A DNA stretch of 50,022 bases from Candidatus Sumerlaeaceae bacterium (GCA_051003195.1 JBPCLP010000029.1:1-50022); one strand, 5' to 3'; shown: positions 19,431 to 29,642, counted from the first letter of the stretch. Program-made: numbers and translations. The notes: generated from the letters alone by a model not told the origin.

Positions 19431-20366
19431 CTAAACGTTCTCCGCTTTCCCCAGGCATTCCAACATAATCGCCTTCTGGATGTGCAGGCGGTTCTCCGCC
19501 TGGTCGAAGACGATCGACGTTGGGCTGTCCATCACCTCGTCGGTAATCTCCTCGCCACGGTGCGCGGGCAGGTCATGCATCGCGAATGCGCCGGGGGCTG
19601 CCTTCTTTAACAGCGCATCATTCAGCTGGTACGGCCGAAACACCTTTGCGCGTTCCGCCGCCTCGTTCTCGCGCCCCATGCTGGCCCAGATGTCCGTGTA
19701 AACCGCGGCTGCGCCTTCGACGGCTTCAACAGGATCCGAAGTCAGCAGAAACTTCCCACCGGATATACTGTTCAACCGAGCGGCGAGATCGATCATCTTG
19801 CGTGACGGCGCATACTTCTCCGGCGAGGCGACACGCATCTCAGCACCCAGAGTCGCAGCAGTAACCATGAGCGACGTGCATACGTTGTTCCCGTCACCCA
19901 CGTAGGCCAGCTTCAGCTCGCTCCATTTGACGCCCTTCTCGTAAAGCGTGAAAAAATCCGCCAGTGCCTGGCATGGATGTTCATCGTCACTGAGCGCGTT
20001 AATTACCGGTGGCTCGGCAACCTGTGCCAGTTCTTCGACATGCGCCTGCGCGAACACCCGCGCGACAACGAGATCAACCCAGCGCTCCAGGTTGCGCGCG
20101 ACATCATACACGCTCTCGCGCACACCCATCGAAATCTCGGTCGGCCCAAGGTACACAGTATGCCCGCCAAGCTGATGTACCCCGACGTCGAAGGTCACCC
20201 GCGTGCGCAACGATGGTTTCTGGAATAGCAGGGCAACATTATAACCCTTCAGCACGTCCAGAAACTCGCGCCGCTTCACCCCCGCTTTCATCTTCGCCGA
20301 TAACGCGAACAGCCGGTTAATTGTATCCGCGTCGAAGTCCGACGACTTCACGAAATCACGTGTCAA
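19431..20366 (-). CDS. argF: Ornithine carbamoyltransferase
   Basis: SLRTR, HPCQALAD, GDGNNV, WASMG, HDLPAHRGEE, QAENRLH. TTG start overlaps the argD stop. Confidence 0.93.
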   Translation of the reverse strand: MTRDFVKSSDFDADTINRLFALSAKMKAGVKRREFLDVLKGYNVALLFQKPSLRTRVTFDVGVHQLGGHTVYLGPTEISMGVRESVYDVARNLERWVDLVVARVFAQAHVEELAQVAEPPVINALSDDEHPCQALADFFTLYEKGVKWSELKLAYVGDGNNVCTSLMVTAATLGAEMRVASPEKYAPSRKMIDLAARLNSISGGKFLLTSDPVEAVEGAAAVYTDIWASMGRENEAAERAKVFRPYQLNDALLKKAAPGAFAMHDLPAHRGEEITDEVMDSPTSIVFDQAENRLHIQKAIMLECLGKAENV

Positions 20367-21628
20367 CGAACGCCTCCTGCGTTGCCCGCCAATGCTGGCT
20401 CTGAAGCTGCTTCTGCTTTCTGCGTTGCACTACGCTGCTGCTCTTCTCGCAGAACTCCCGCGAGAATCTCCACTGCACGATCGCACTGTTCCTCGGTAAC
20501 AACCAACGCGGGCAGCAGGCGCAATACGTGCCCCATCGTGCAGTTGATGAGAAGACCGCGCTCTGCACAATGCTTCACAACATCTGCCCCGGGGAGCGTC
20601 AGTTCGATGCCGATCATCAGCCCGATGCCGCGCACCTCTTTCACGATGTCCATCCCGGCAATAGCTTTGCGCAATGCCTGCAGGAAGTAGGTACCCGTAT
20701 TGGCAGCGCGCTCAGGAAGCTTCTTCTCAACCATCGTCTCCACAACCGCAAGGGCAGCCGCGCACGCCAATGGGTTACCGCCAAACGTCGATCCATGTGT
20801 GCCGGGTTCCAGCACCGCGGCAATGTCTTCACGCGTCAGCAGTGCTCCAATCGGGAAACCATTACCCAGCGCCTTCGCAAGTGTCATGATATCTGGTTCC
20901 ACATCGAGCACCTGGTGCGCGAACATCCTGCCGCAGCGTCCCATGCCGCACTGGATTTCATCGAAGATCAGCAGTAGATTGCGCGTATCGCATTCCTCGC
21001 GCAGCTGCGTCAAAAACTCAGGCGTGCATGCAACGATCCCGCCTTCGCCCTGCACTGGCTCCAGCATAATGGCGCAAGTCGTTTCCGATATCTGCGCGCG
21101 CACGCTTTCTATCTGGTTAATCTCCGCGTACTTAAACCCGGGCAGCAGCGGTTCGAAGCCCTTCTGGATTTTCTCCTGCCCGGTTGCCGTCAGCGTCGCC
21201 ATCGTACGTCCATGAAACGAATTGCGCAGGGTGATAATCTCGAATCGGTTCTCCCCGTACTTCTTCTTCGAGTAAAGCCGTGCCAGCTTAATGGCGCCCT
21301 CGTTTACCTCCGCGCCGCTGTTTGCGAAAAAAGCGCGGTCGGCAAAACACAGGCCGGTCAGCTTCTGCGCCAGTTCGACCTGCTGTGGAATCAGGTACAG
21401 GTTCGAGCAATGCACCAGCTCGCCTGCCTGCTCGCGAATGGCACTGGTCACTGCCGGGTGGCAATGCCCCAGGCTGCACACGCTGATGCCCGCCAGGAAG
21501 TCAAGGTACTCCCGCCCATCGGCGTCCCACACGCGACAGCCCTCACCGCGTACCAGCATTACGTCCCGCACGCCGTAGTTCGGCGTGAGCACGTGCTGCG
21601 CCAGATCCCGTACCTTCTGTGATTCCAT
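20363..21628 (-). CDS. argD: Acetylornithine aminotransferase (class III PLP)
   Basis: NSGAE, FHGRT, EPVQGEGG, DEIQCG, LAKALGNG, HGSTFGGNP; coupled to argF. Confidence 0.93.
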   Translation of the reverse strand: MESQKVRDLAQHVLTPNYGVRDVMLVRGEGCRVWDADGREYLDFLAGISVCSLGHCHPAVTSAIREQAGELVHCSNLYLIPQQVELAQKLTGLCFADRAFFANSGAEVNEGAIKLARLYSKKKYGENRFEIITLRNSFHGRTMATLTATGQEKIQKGFEPLLPGFKYAEINQIESVRAQISETTCAIMLEPVQGEGGIVACTPEFLTQLREECDTRNLLLIFDEIQCGMGRCGRMFAHQVLDVEPDIMTLAKALGNGFPIGALLTREDIAAVLEPGTHGSTFGGNPLACAAALAVVETMVEKKLPERAANTGTYFLQALRKAIAGMDIVKEVRGIGLMIGIELTLPGADVVKHCAERGLLINCTMGHVLRLLPALVVTEEQCDRAVEILAGVLREEQQRSATQKAEAASEPALAGNAGGVR

Positions 21629-21716
21629 GACTCGCTACCTCATCCCTGTGGACTGAAGCTTCGAACCCGCGTAAAGAATGCTCTACTACCGCAACACGCC
21701 ACACTCGTTCGGAAAA

Positions 21717-22526
21717 TTATTGCGAATGCCGGCCGCCGACCAGCGGCAGCACAAATTCAACGGGCAATTCCTGCTCGCGCCTCACAAGTATTTTCAGGTC
21801 AAACTTGATCGGCTTGTTGAAATTGTAGTCGATGATCACCCCATTCTTCGCGACCGGCTCAGGATCAATGGTCGGGTGCCACAGCGACAGCGTGTATGAG
21901 CCCGGCGGTACATGCCTGATTCTGAACACCCCCGCCGCGTTTGTCATCGAATAATAGGGGTGCTCCACGGCGAACACCGTCGAGTACTCCCACGGATGTC
22001 GGTAACACCGGACCGAATACACACCTGCCTCAGGAACCCGCACGCGGCGTCGCATTCCGGGGCTCACCAGGTCCTCCATTACCGGCGCGCCGGCAATATC
22101 CAAGACAGGTGTGTGGACAAAGTCATCGTGCGACAGGTACTCCAGCGTATCTCGCTCGCGCAGCAGGGTGATGGGCGGTTTAAGTGTGCAGCCGTCAAAG
22201 CGCAGCAATCCTTCCAGCGAGACACCGGCGTTTGCCATCGATGCACCCGCTCCGATATCGCTCAGGTACACCAGCGCGCCCTGCACCGCCAGGCTCCGTG
22301 TATCAATCTGGATAAGTTCCTGCTGCACGGCGCGGTTCTGCGTGCAGAAAAGCGTATCGCTGCGCACCTCGAACCGGAACGGTTTCGGCAGTTCCCCATC
22401 CCACCGAACCACCCCGGAGATGACACTTCCGCTCGTAACGTCGATCACCGAATACCCGCCCGCGTGCACCAGCGGCGTGGCCCAAACCAGCATCGCCAGC
22501 CAGCCCAATCTCAGCCACATCGCCAT
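21717..22526 (-). CDS. Exported protein with cupredoxin-like segment and carboxypeptidase-regulatory-like Ig fold
   Basis: Signal peptide, [20 protein letters not shown]...[13 protein letters not shown]. Start uncertain (22520-22544). Confidence 0.7.
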   Translation of the reverse strand: MAMWLRLGWLAMLVWATPLVHAGGYSVIDVTSGSVISGVVRWDGELPKPFRFEVRSDTLFCTQNRAVQQELIQIDTRSLAVQGALVYLSDIGAGASMANAGVSLEGLLRFDGCTLKPPITLLRERDTLEYLSHDDFVHTPVLDIAGAPVMEDLVSPGMRRRVRVPEAGVYSVRCYRHPWEYSTVFAVEHPYYSMTNAAGVFRIRHVPPGSYTLSLWHPTIDPEPVAKNGVIIDYNFNKPIKFDLKILVRREQELPVEFVLPLVGGRHSQ

Positions 22527-22594
22527 CGTGCCGCGCTTCAACATGGTGCTCGTTAAACGGCAAAAGAGTTCTTGCGCCAGCATTAATAAGCAGG

Positions 22595-22606
22595 GAACAT
22601 CTGTTC
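22595..22606. promoter_or_regulatory. GAAC-N4-GTTC palindrome, candidate LexA (SOS) box upstream of ruvB
   Basis: GAACATCTGTTC about 50 bp before the ruvB ATG, within the divergent intergenic region. Confidence 0.45.
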
Positions 22607-22656
22607 TAACAAGAAGGGCCACTGCGCCCGCAGTCCACCACCGCAGGAGCAAGCAG

Positions 22657-23673
22657 ATGTCATCGGTCATATCTCCCTTCCGCGAAGACGGCGAAGAACG
22701 CGAAGAGGTCACCCTGCGTCCCCAGAGCACGCAGGACTTCGTCGGCCAGGTGCAGGTCATTGAGAAGCTGCGCGTTTTCATCCAGGCCGCGCGCATGCGC
22801 AATGAGCACCTCGATCACGTTCTGCTGTTCGGCCCTCCCGGCCTCGGCAAAACCACCCTCTCCCTCATCATCGCCAACGAGATGGGCGCCGACATAAAAT
22901 CCACCAGCGGCCCCATCATCGAGCGCAAAGACGACCTCGCCGCCATCCTTACCGACCTCAAGCGCAACGACGTCCTCTTCATCGACGAAATCCACCGCAT
23001 GAACCGCGTCGTTGAGGAATGCCTCTACCAGGCCATGGAAGACTTCAAGATCGACATCCTCATCGGCGAAGGCCCCCACGCCAAATCCATCAAGCTCGAC
23101 CTGCCGCCCTTCACCCTCGTCGGCGCCACCACCCGTGCCGGCATGATCACGGGCGCATTGCGTACACGCTTCGGCATCACCGAGCGACTCCACTTCTACT
23201 CACTCCCCGAAATGGAGACCATCGTGCGCCGTTCTGCCGGTATCATGCGGGTCGAACTCGACGGCCCCGGCTGCACCGAGATCGCCCGACGCGCCCGCGG
23301 TACACCCCGCATCGCCAACCGCGTCCTGCGCCGGGCACGCGACTACGCACAGGTGCGCGCCGACGGCAAAATCACGCGCACCGTCGCCGCCGAGGCCATG
23401 CAACTGCTCGATATCGACGACCTCGGACTCGACATGATGGACAAATTCTTCCTCACCACCATCATGCGCAAATTCAACGGCGGTCCCGTCGGTCTCAACA
23501 ACGTTGCGGTCGCCATCGGCGAAGACCAGGATACCATCGAGGACATGATCGAGCCCTACCTTATCCAGATCGGCTTCGTCCAGCGCACCCCCCGCGGACG
23601 CATCGCCACCAGCGCCGCCTACCAGCATCTCGGCATAGCCGAACCCGACCGGCAACCGGAGTTGTTTAGCTGA
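22657..23673 (+). CDS. ruvB: Holliday junction branch migration helicase RuvB
   Basis: [50 protein letters not shown]...RTPRGR. AGGAG RBS before ATG 22657. Confidence 0.97.
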   Translation: MSSVISPFREDGEEREEVTLRPQSTQDFVGQVQVIEKLRVFIQAARMRNEHLDHVLLFGPPGLGKTTLSLIIANEMGADIKSTSGPIIERKDDLAAILTDLKRNDVLFIDEIHRMNRVVEECLYQAMEDFKIDILIGEGPHAKSIKLDLPPFTLVGATTRAGMITGALRTRFGITERLHFYSLPEMETIVRRSAGIMRVELDGPGCTEIARRARGTPRIANRVLRRARDYAQVRADGKITRTVAAEAMQLLDIDDLGLDMMDKFFLTTIMRKFNGGPVGLNNVAVAIGEDQDTIEDMIEPYLIQIGFVQRTPRGRIATSAAYQHLGIAEPDRQPELFS

Positions 23674-23676
23674 TGG

Positions 23677-26121
23677 CTAATTTATTTCCGATGCGGCAGT
23701 TCTGATGGTATAGCTTTCCCCGTCTGTTTCCAAAAGGGTTGCTCCATCCACGTCCGTACGCAGCACGCGCGCGCCTGTTTGTTGCAGTCTGGCTAACACT
23801 TCAGGGTTCGGGTGGCCGTACCGGTTGCGCAGTCCGCAGGATATCACCGCGACTTTCGGCTGAGTGGCGGCGAGAAACGCGGGGGTGCTGCTTGTGCGGC
23901 TTCCATGGTGCCCAACCTTTAGCACCGTGCACGTTCCAATTTTTTGCGCGCTCAGCCGTTGTTCCACCGGTGCCTCGGCATCTGCCATCAGCAGTGCCGA
24001 GAATTTCCCATACGTAATTCTTATTACGATTGAACGATTATTATCCTTGAGCGGCTCCCGCGCATTTTCATCGCGCGGTGGATTCAGTACCTCAAGAACG
24101 CACCCAGTTGAAACCGACCTCGCGTCTCCCGCGCTTGGCTGGAATTCCGGAATATGTTTGCGGCTGCACAGCGTCCGGATCTCACTCGTGATTTCGTCGG
24201 ACTTACTTCCCTCCTCCTCGTCGGGTTCAACGTAGTATCGCACCCGGTGCCGCCGCAAAACATCAGGAATACCGCCGGTATGATCAGAGTCGGGATGTGT
24301 GCCAATGACATAATCCACCGTGCTGATACCCAGCGACTTCAGCTGCGGAAGCACCACCATGCCGCCCATACTGGGTAGGTTCGTACCGGCATCCACCAGC
24401 ACAGTCTGTCCGTTCGGGAATTGCACAAGAGTCGAGTCACCCTGGCCGACATCGAAAAACCAGATGCGAAGCGGTCGCTTGAAATCTGTCCAGAAATTGG
24501 AACCTGCCAGCAGGCAAATGCAAAGGCAACCATGCACAACCAGTCGTGCGCGTGCTTTCATATGAAATTCCGGCGTGTCGCGGCGTACCACAAAGTATCC
24601 GCTGAACAGTAAGAGGTAAAAAAGCAGTACGATCAGCACTGGCATCTCAGGAGTCCTGATGATTGCCCACTCAGCGTCAGCCGTCCACCTCGCTATTTCA
24701 TATACCGTTTTCATAATGGCGGATGCAGAAGCACCAGCCAGGCTTGCCAGTGCAGAACCGAACATCCCCGCTACCACGACTGCGAGCGCCGCCCCAAGCA
24801 CCGGCGCCGCGAGGGCGGCCTCCAGCAGGTTTGCCAGTGGCGAAAGCAGATTGAACTGGTGGAAGTAGTAAAGCTGAAGCGGAAGCAATAAGAGGGTAAC
24901 GGCTAATGTGATATTGAGCGCTTCGATCGACGCATGTATCAGGTTGTCCGACATGCGCGCTTCTGAAAAAGGTTTTTCCCACGAGAACCAGAGCCTGAAC
25001 AGTGGCGCGACTAATAGAATCGCAATCACACCCATAATGGATAACTGAAACCCCACCTGCCACGGTGACAGCGGATCGAGTGCCACGATCAGTAACACGC
25101 CGAAAGCAAGCGAGCTAAGCGAGTCGATTTCGCGGCCCAGAATGCGGCCGAAAGTGCAAGCAAGCACCATGAGAAATGCTCGGAAGGCCGGCGTGATAAA
25201 GTTCAGTAATACCATGTATAGAAACAACACCGCGAGCACAAGCGCCCAGGATAATCGCGGAGAGCAACGGCATGCCCGGAACAGGATGTTAAGAATCAGG
25301 GCAAGGATGGCCACGTGCATCCCACTCACAGCGAAAAGGTGCATGGTTCCACTATCGCGAAAGATACGCGCATCGTCCTCAGTAAGCTGCCGCATGTCAT
25401 TGAACAACATGCAGACCATAAGCCGGGCCTGATGTTGCGGCATTGCAGCAGACATGATCTGCTCAGTTTTGCGACGAAGACCGGCGAGGCCTCCCTTCAA
25501 CTGGCCTGACCAGGTGTCGGCGCTCCGCACCACCCGAATAAGCCCAGGCGACTTAACCGTTGCGGTGTAGTGAATCCGCTGCAGCGCCAACGACTCCCTT
25601 GTTGAGCGTCCAAAGAAATTTCGAAGGGTTCGAGGTTCCTGGACGGCGGCCAGCGCCTGCACTTTATCGCCGCTCACGTATTTTGCCGGGCCTTCGGTTG
25701 CCTGGTCGAATCCCGTGAGCGTCAGCTTCAGCCGGCCCGGCAACAACACGACCGATGACACGCTGGTCATCGTGACGTTCCTCAATACCACATAACTTCG
25801 CGAGCTATCAAGTGTCTCGGCCTTCATGACCGTGCCTTGCAGAACCCGCGGCATCAGGTCGAACGTGTTCGCAATCGCGGCCGCATTGCGTCGCTCCTCC
25901 TCCAGTGGCAAAACCCGGAAGCACCCCGCGACCACGACCAGTACCAGCAATAATCCCGTGTTTTCCCCGCGCAGCCACCACCACATTGCAGCCAACCCGC
26001 CGCTAATGCTTAGCAGCAGTATTGCAATCCACGGCTGCGATTGCCAGACGGTGTGCATCAGCCACAGGCCCAGCATGAAACTGAACAAACACGGAATTAG
26101 TGGACGCTGGAATACTTTCAT
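23677..26121 (-). CDS. comEC: DNA internalization competence protein ComEC/Rec2
   Basis: HLFAVSGMH competence domain and metallo-beta-lactamase domain (DVGQGD, THPDSDH.GG, HHGS, NRYGHP). Confidence 0.95.
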   Translation of the reverse strand: MKVFQRPLIPCLFSFMLGLWLMHTVWQSQPWIAILLLSISGGLAAMWWWLRGENTGLLLVLVVVAGCFRVLPLEEERRNAAAIANTFDLMPRVLQGTVMKAETLDSSRSYVVLRNVTMTSVSSVVLLPGRLKLTLTGFDQATEGPAKYVSGDKVQALAAVQEPRTLRNFFGRSTRESLALQRIHYTATVKSPGLIRVVRSADTWSGQLKGGLAGLRRKTEQIMSAAMPQHQARLMVCMLFNDMRQLTEDDARIFRDSGTMHLFAVSGMHVAILALILNILFRACRCSPRLSWALVLAVLFLYMVLLNFITPAFRAFLMVLACTFGRILGREIDSLSSLAFGVLLIVALDPLSPWQVGFQLSIMGVIAILLVAPLFRLWFSWEKPFSEARMSDNLIHASIEALNITLAVTLLLLPLQLYYFHQFNLLSPLANLLEAALAAPVLGAALAVVVAGMFGSALASLAGASASAIMKTVYEIARWTADAEWAIIRTPEMPVLIVLLFYLLLFSGYFVVRRDTPEFHMKARARLVVHGCLCICLLAGSNFWTDFKRPLRIWFFDVGQGDSTLVQFPNGQTVLVDAGTNLPSMGGMVVLPQLKSLGISTVDYVIGTHPDSDHTGGIPDVLRRHRVRYYVEPDEEEGSKSDEITSEIRTLCSRKHIPEFQPSAGDARSVSTGCVLEVLNPPRDENAREPLKDNNRSIVIRITYGKFSALLMADAEAPVEQRLSAQKIGTCTVLKVGHHGSRTSSTPAFLAATQPKVAVISCGLRNRYGHPNPEVLARLQQTGARVLRTDVDGATLLETDGESYTIRTAASEIN

Positions 26122-26207
26122 TGGCGACTTCGTCCGCTCATGTCCGGCAGCGACTATGCATTAGTGCCGCATCAGCGCCAGATAAATGATAATACGGACG
26201 CCGTTTT

Positions 26208-27548
26208 TCAACTGGGCGCGCTTGCCTCGGTTGGGAGCAGGACTTCAACGGTCGTCCCCTTACCGGGGTCGCTGGAGAGGGTAATGGTGCCGCCGTGCGT
26301 CTCGATGATGCGCCGCGTGATGGACAGCCCCAGCCCGGTTCCCTTCGCGCGCTTGGTGAAGAACGGATCGAAGACGCGCTTGAGGTCGTCCTCGGTGATG
26401 CCGGCCCCCGTATCGTGCACCAGAAGCCGCACCTGGTTGCGCTCTGACAGTGGCTGCAGGCTGATGCGCAGTGTGCCGCCCGTGGGCATGGCCTGGCGCG
26501 CATTGAGGTAGAGATTGAGCAGCGCCTGCTTGAGCTGGTTGGAATCGAGCATCAGCAGCGGCAGGTTATCGGCGTAGTTCTTCTCCACCTCCAGGTCGCC
26601 CTCGGTGCCGGGCAGCTTGCGGCGCAGCAGGAAATCGAGCACCTCGTCGTTGAGCTGGCGCAGATCTGCCGGGGCCATGCCGTGCGGTTGCGGGCGGGCG
26701 TAGGTCAGCAGCTCGCCGATGATGCGCTCGCAGCGCTGCGCTTCCTTATGGATCGTCTCGAAGTCTTCGCGGCGCGGGTCCTCGGGCGGGGCGTTTTTCT
26801 TCAGGAACTCGGCGTAGGCGGAAATGATGCCGATGGGATTGTTGATCTCATGTGCGACGCCCGCGGCCAGTTCGCCCACCGCGGCCATGTTCTCGGACTG
26901 GATGAGTCGCTCGCGCGTGCGCAGGATTTCTTCCTTCTGCCGGTTGATTACTTCGACAATGAACCACGACATGGTGATGACGAGCCAGATGAAGATGACC
27001 CGGAACATGCTGGTGCCTGAAGTGACGCTGAGCGATGCATCCTGCCATACGAGCGAGAGGATGAACACGGCGCCGATAAACGCGTTCGCCCGCAGGTTAG
27101 CCTGGGCCGTTCGAAACAGAGCAAACCCGCGAAGAATGAGCAGGAAGTAGAAGACGTAGAAGTCCGTGGAGGCGCCGTCAGGCGCGGCATACTTGCGGGC
27201 GTCCAGGTAGATGAGCAGCGTGACAAACGCCACGTCAATATAGTACGAGATGATGCACAGTACGCGCGTTTGCGAGAGGCTCACGCGCGACAGCAGCATG
27301 AAGTATGTCTCGCCCAGGTTAAACATGAAGTAGACCGTGAACAGCGCAAACACCGGCACGGGCGGCGGCAAGTAGTTGGGGTGGCTGAGCAGCCAGAAGG
27401 CCAACGCCGTCGCAAAGATAGCCCACTTCAGCGGCAGGATCGCGCGCCGCTCGACGCTGCGCAGCCAGATCAGGAAGTCGCGCTCCTCCATCTGCGCTGC
27501 CGTCAGGGCGCTTGCAGGGACGATCTTCGCGAGTTCAGGCGCAGGCAT
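26208..27548 (-). CDS. Membrane sensor histidine kinase (orphan in this window)
   Basis: About 5 N-terminal TM helices, H-box AHEINNP, N-box NL..NA, DTGAG, FDPFFT, GTGLGL. Confidence 0.93.
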   Translation of the reverse strand: MPAPELAKIVPASALTAAQMEERDFLIWLRSVERRAILPLKWAIFATALAFWLLSHPNYLPPPVPVFALFTVYFMFNLGETYFMLLSRVSLSQTRVLCIISYYIDVAFVTLLIYLDARKYAAPDGASTDFYVFYFLLILRGFALFRTAQANLRANAFIGAVFILSLVWQDASLSVTSGTSMFRVIFIWLVITMSWFIVEVINRQKEEILRTRERLIQSENMAAVGELAAGVAHEINNPIGIISAYAEFLKKNAPPEDPRREDFETIHKEAQRCERIIGELLTYARPQPHGMAPADLRQLNDEVLDFLLRRKLPGTEGDLEVEKNYADNLPLLMLDSNQLKQALLNLYLNARQAMPTGGTLRISLQPLSERNQVRLLVHDTGAGITEDDLKRVFDPFFTKRAKGTGLGLSITRRIIETHGGTITLSSDPGKGTTVEVLLPTEASAPS

Positions 27549-27629
27549 GCTGGACTATAATGCAGACAGGCAGCACTGCACCGTCAAGGCTGCAAAGCGT
27601 TGCTTACACATGTGCCCGGCCCCTGGTTT

Positions 27630-27740
27630 GCGCTGAAGGCGCAGCGGAACCCAGCCCAGGGACAGGGCCTGACGCTTCATGCAGACCACGACCCTCGGTA
27701 TAACAGCCACAATCCCTCGCGCAATGAAGGTGTGCCGCAA
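27630..27740. repeat. REP-like palindromic element (GCGCTGAAGGCGC ... AGCCCAGGG ... CCCTCGGT ... GCGCAATGAAGGTGTGC)
   Basis: Two related TGAAGG-centred hairpins flank an imperfect CCCAGGG/CCCTCGG stem, between divergent genes. Confidence 0.55.
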
Positions 27741-27862
27741 CCCAAACGCTGCATCTTAAAACTTTAGGTCGGCTTCATGCTCGCGCCGCGATGCTGCTCC
27801 TTGAATAAAGCGCCTAAACCCAGCTTACTATCGCCAGCGAAAAGGGACTGTCCGCATCACCT

Positions 27863-29008
27863 ATGGCAAAGCGCGATTACTACGAAATACTCGGCGTCAC
27901 CCGCGAATCATCCGCGGACGACATTAAGCGCGCCTATCGCAGCATTGCCAAGCAATACCACCCCGACAAAAACTCGGGCAGCAAAGAGGCCGAAGAGAAG
28001 TTCAAGGAGGCGTGCGAGGCTTACGAGGTTCTCTCCGAGCCCGACAAGCGCGCCAAGTACGACCGCTTTGGCCATGAAGGTGTGCGTTTTGGCAAAGGCG
28101 GCTTCAGCTACGAGAATTTCACGCACGCTGCAGATTTCGAGGACATCTTTTCGTCACTGTTTGGCGGCATCTTCGGCGGCCAGCAGCAGACGCGAGCACG
28201 GGGCCAGAACCGCGTCGAGAAAGGGCGCGATCTCAAAGTCGCGGTCACGATCTCGCTGGAGGATGCTTTCAGGGGCAAGGAAACCGAAATTGCTCTCACG
28301 CGCCTGGAAACCTGCGACACGTGCAAGGGCACCGGCGCGAATGAAGGCAGCAAGCCAAAGGCCTGTTCGCGGTGCAAAGGCTCAGGGTCGGTCCGTTTCC
28401 AGCAGGCATTCTTCAGCATCAATACTACCTGCGATGTGTGCCATGGCGAAGGCCAGCTCATCGAAAATCCGTGCAGCACCTGCAGTGGTCGTGGACGCGT
28501 AAATGAACGGGTGCGTGTGAAAGTGCGAATCCCCGTCGGTGTTGATAACGGGACGCTGGTCCGCGTGGCGAACGAGGGCGAAGTCGGCCCGAAGAATGGT
28601 CCGCGCGGTGACCTCTTCATCGATATCCGCCTGAAACCGCACGAGGTCTTCGAGCGCGAGGGTGACGATCTCATCTGCGAAGTGCCTGTTAGTTACTCGC
28701 AGGTGGCCTTGGGCGACGAGATCGAGGTTCCCAGCATCGAGGGCGATTCGAACAAACTGCCCATTGCGGCCGGCACTCAGTCGCACACTCTGTTTAAGCT
28801 GACCGGCAAGGGTATGCCCCGGCCCGGCGATGCACGCCGACGTGGTGATCTTTACATTCGCGCTATGGTCCGCACCCCGTCCGCCCTTAGCGATCGCGAG
28901 CGCGACCTCCTGAGGGAACTTGCGAGCATCAGCAACCAGAAGCTTAGCGAGAAGAAGGGCGTGTTCTCTCGCCTGAAGGAAGAAATCAAAGAGACGTTCA
29001 GCGGCTGA
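27863..29008 (+). CDS. dnaJ: Class A J-domain chaperone DnaJ (copy 2)
   Basis: [18 protein letters not shown] motif, four Zn-finger CxxCxGxG motifs. Confidence 0.95.
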   Translation: MAKRDYYEILGVTRESSADDIKRAYRSIAKQYHPDKNSGSKEAEEKFKEACEAYEVLSEPDKRAKYDRFGHEGVRFGKGGFSYENFTHAADFEDIFSSLFGGIFGGQQQTRARGQNRVEKGRDLKVAVTISLEDAFRGKETEIALTRLETCDTCKGTGANEGSKPKACSRCKGSGSVRFQQAFFSINTTCDVCHGEGQLIENPCSTCSGRGRVNERVRVKVRIPVGVDNGTLVRVANEGEVGPKNGPRGDLFIDIRLKPHEVFEREGDDLICEVPVSYSQVALGDEIEVPSIEGDSNKLPIAAGTQSHTLFKLTGKGMPRPGDARRRGDLYIRAMVRTPSALSDRERDLLRELASISNQKLSEKKGVFSRLKEEIKETFSG

Positions 29009-29011
29009 GTC

Positions 29012-29338
29012 GTGAGTGGTCCGAAAGACAGCAAGCTCGTCTTCAGTACTGCGTCAGGCGATCTGCGCAAGGAGGAGAAGCCACCAGCCGCTACGCCATC
29101 CCTCACTTCCAAACCACAGAAAATCCGGGTCACGCTCGACACCAGGAATCGCCGCGGCAAAGCTGTCACCGTCATCTCCGGAATTCAGCACAATCCGCAG
29201 GCTATCGATAATCTCGCCCGCACCCTGAAGAACCATTGTGGCGCCGGCGGCACTGTCGAAACGGGATCTATTCTAATCCAGGGCGATCACCGCGACAAAA
29301 TTATCGCGCACCTGAAGCAACTTGGATACAGCATCTGA
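29012..29338 (+). CDS. yciH: SUI1/YciH-family translation initiation factor/inhibitor
   Basis: LVFST, R.GK.VTVI.G, LK..CG.GGT, IQGDHR. Confidence 0.9.
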   Translation: MSGPKDSKLVFSTASGDLRKEEKPPAATPSLTSKPQKIRVTLDTRNRRGKAVTVISGIQHNPQAIDNLARTLKNHCGAGGTVETGSILIQGDHRDKIIAHLKQLGYSI

Positions 29339-29369
29339 TCGAACGCGGCCGCGCCTTATGGCAATGCGA

Positions 29370-29563
29370 GGGTGGTCTACTGTTAGTTCATAATCAGTTC
29401 TGTGTGCCGAATCGAGGTCAAGTGTGGCCTTTGGTCGGTAAGGAACTACGGATTCGGCACACTGGGGTGGTGTCCCATTAATTCGTTCACTGGTTTTGTG
29501 TGCCGTCCGAGCTCAAAAGCTTGCTGAAGTATAGCTACGAATTTCTGGGACGGCACACTAGGG
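29370..29563. repeat. Two tandem ~96 bp MITE/REP-like units, each with a 61 bp GTGTGCCG...CGGCACAC hairpin
   Basis: Perfect inverted repeats 29402-29413/29451-29462 and 29498-29508/29548-29558. Related GGGTGGT...TTA.TTC leaders. Unit 2 recurs inverted at 47103-47200. Confidence 0.85.
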
Positions 29564-29642
29564 AGCAGTCGCGGCAGAAAACATTTGCTCCGGCTCGCTG
29601 ATCTCTCTGTTCCTCCTGTAAAACGATAAAGGATCCTGACTG

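Noticed and set aside
22111..22656. 182 aa N-terminal extension of RuvB
   Set aside because: It is antisense to the neighbouring gene; RBS and homology start at 22657.
29370..29563. Possible mini CRISPR array
   Set aside because: Units are degenerate, the interiors are related to each other and recur elsewhere, and no cas genes are present.
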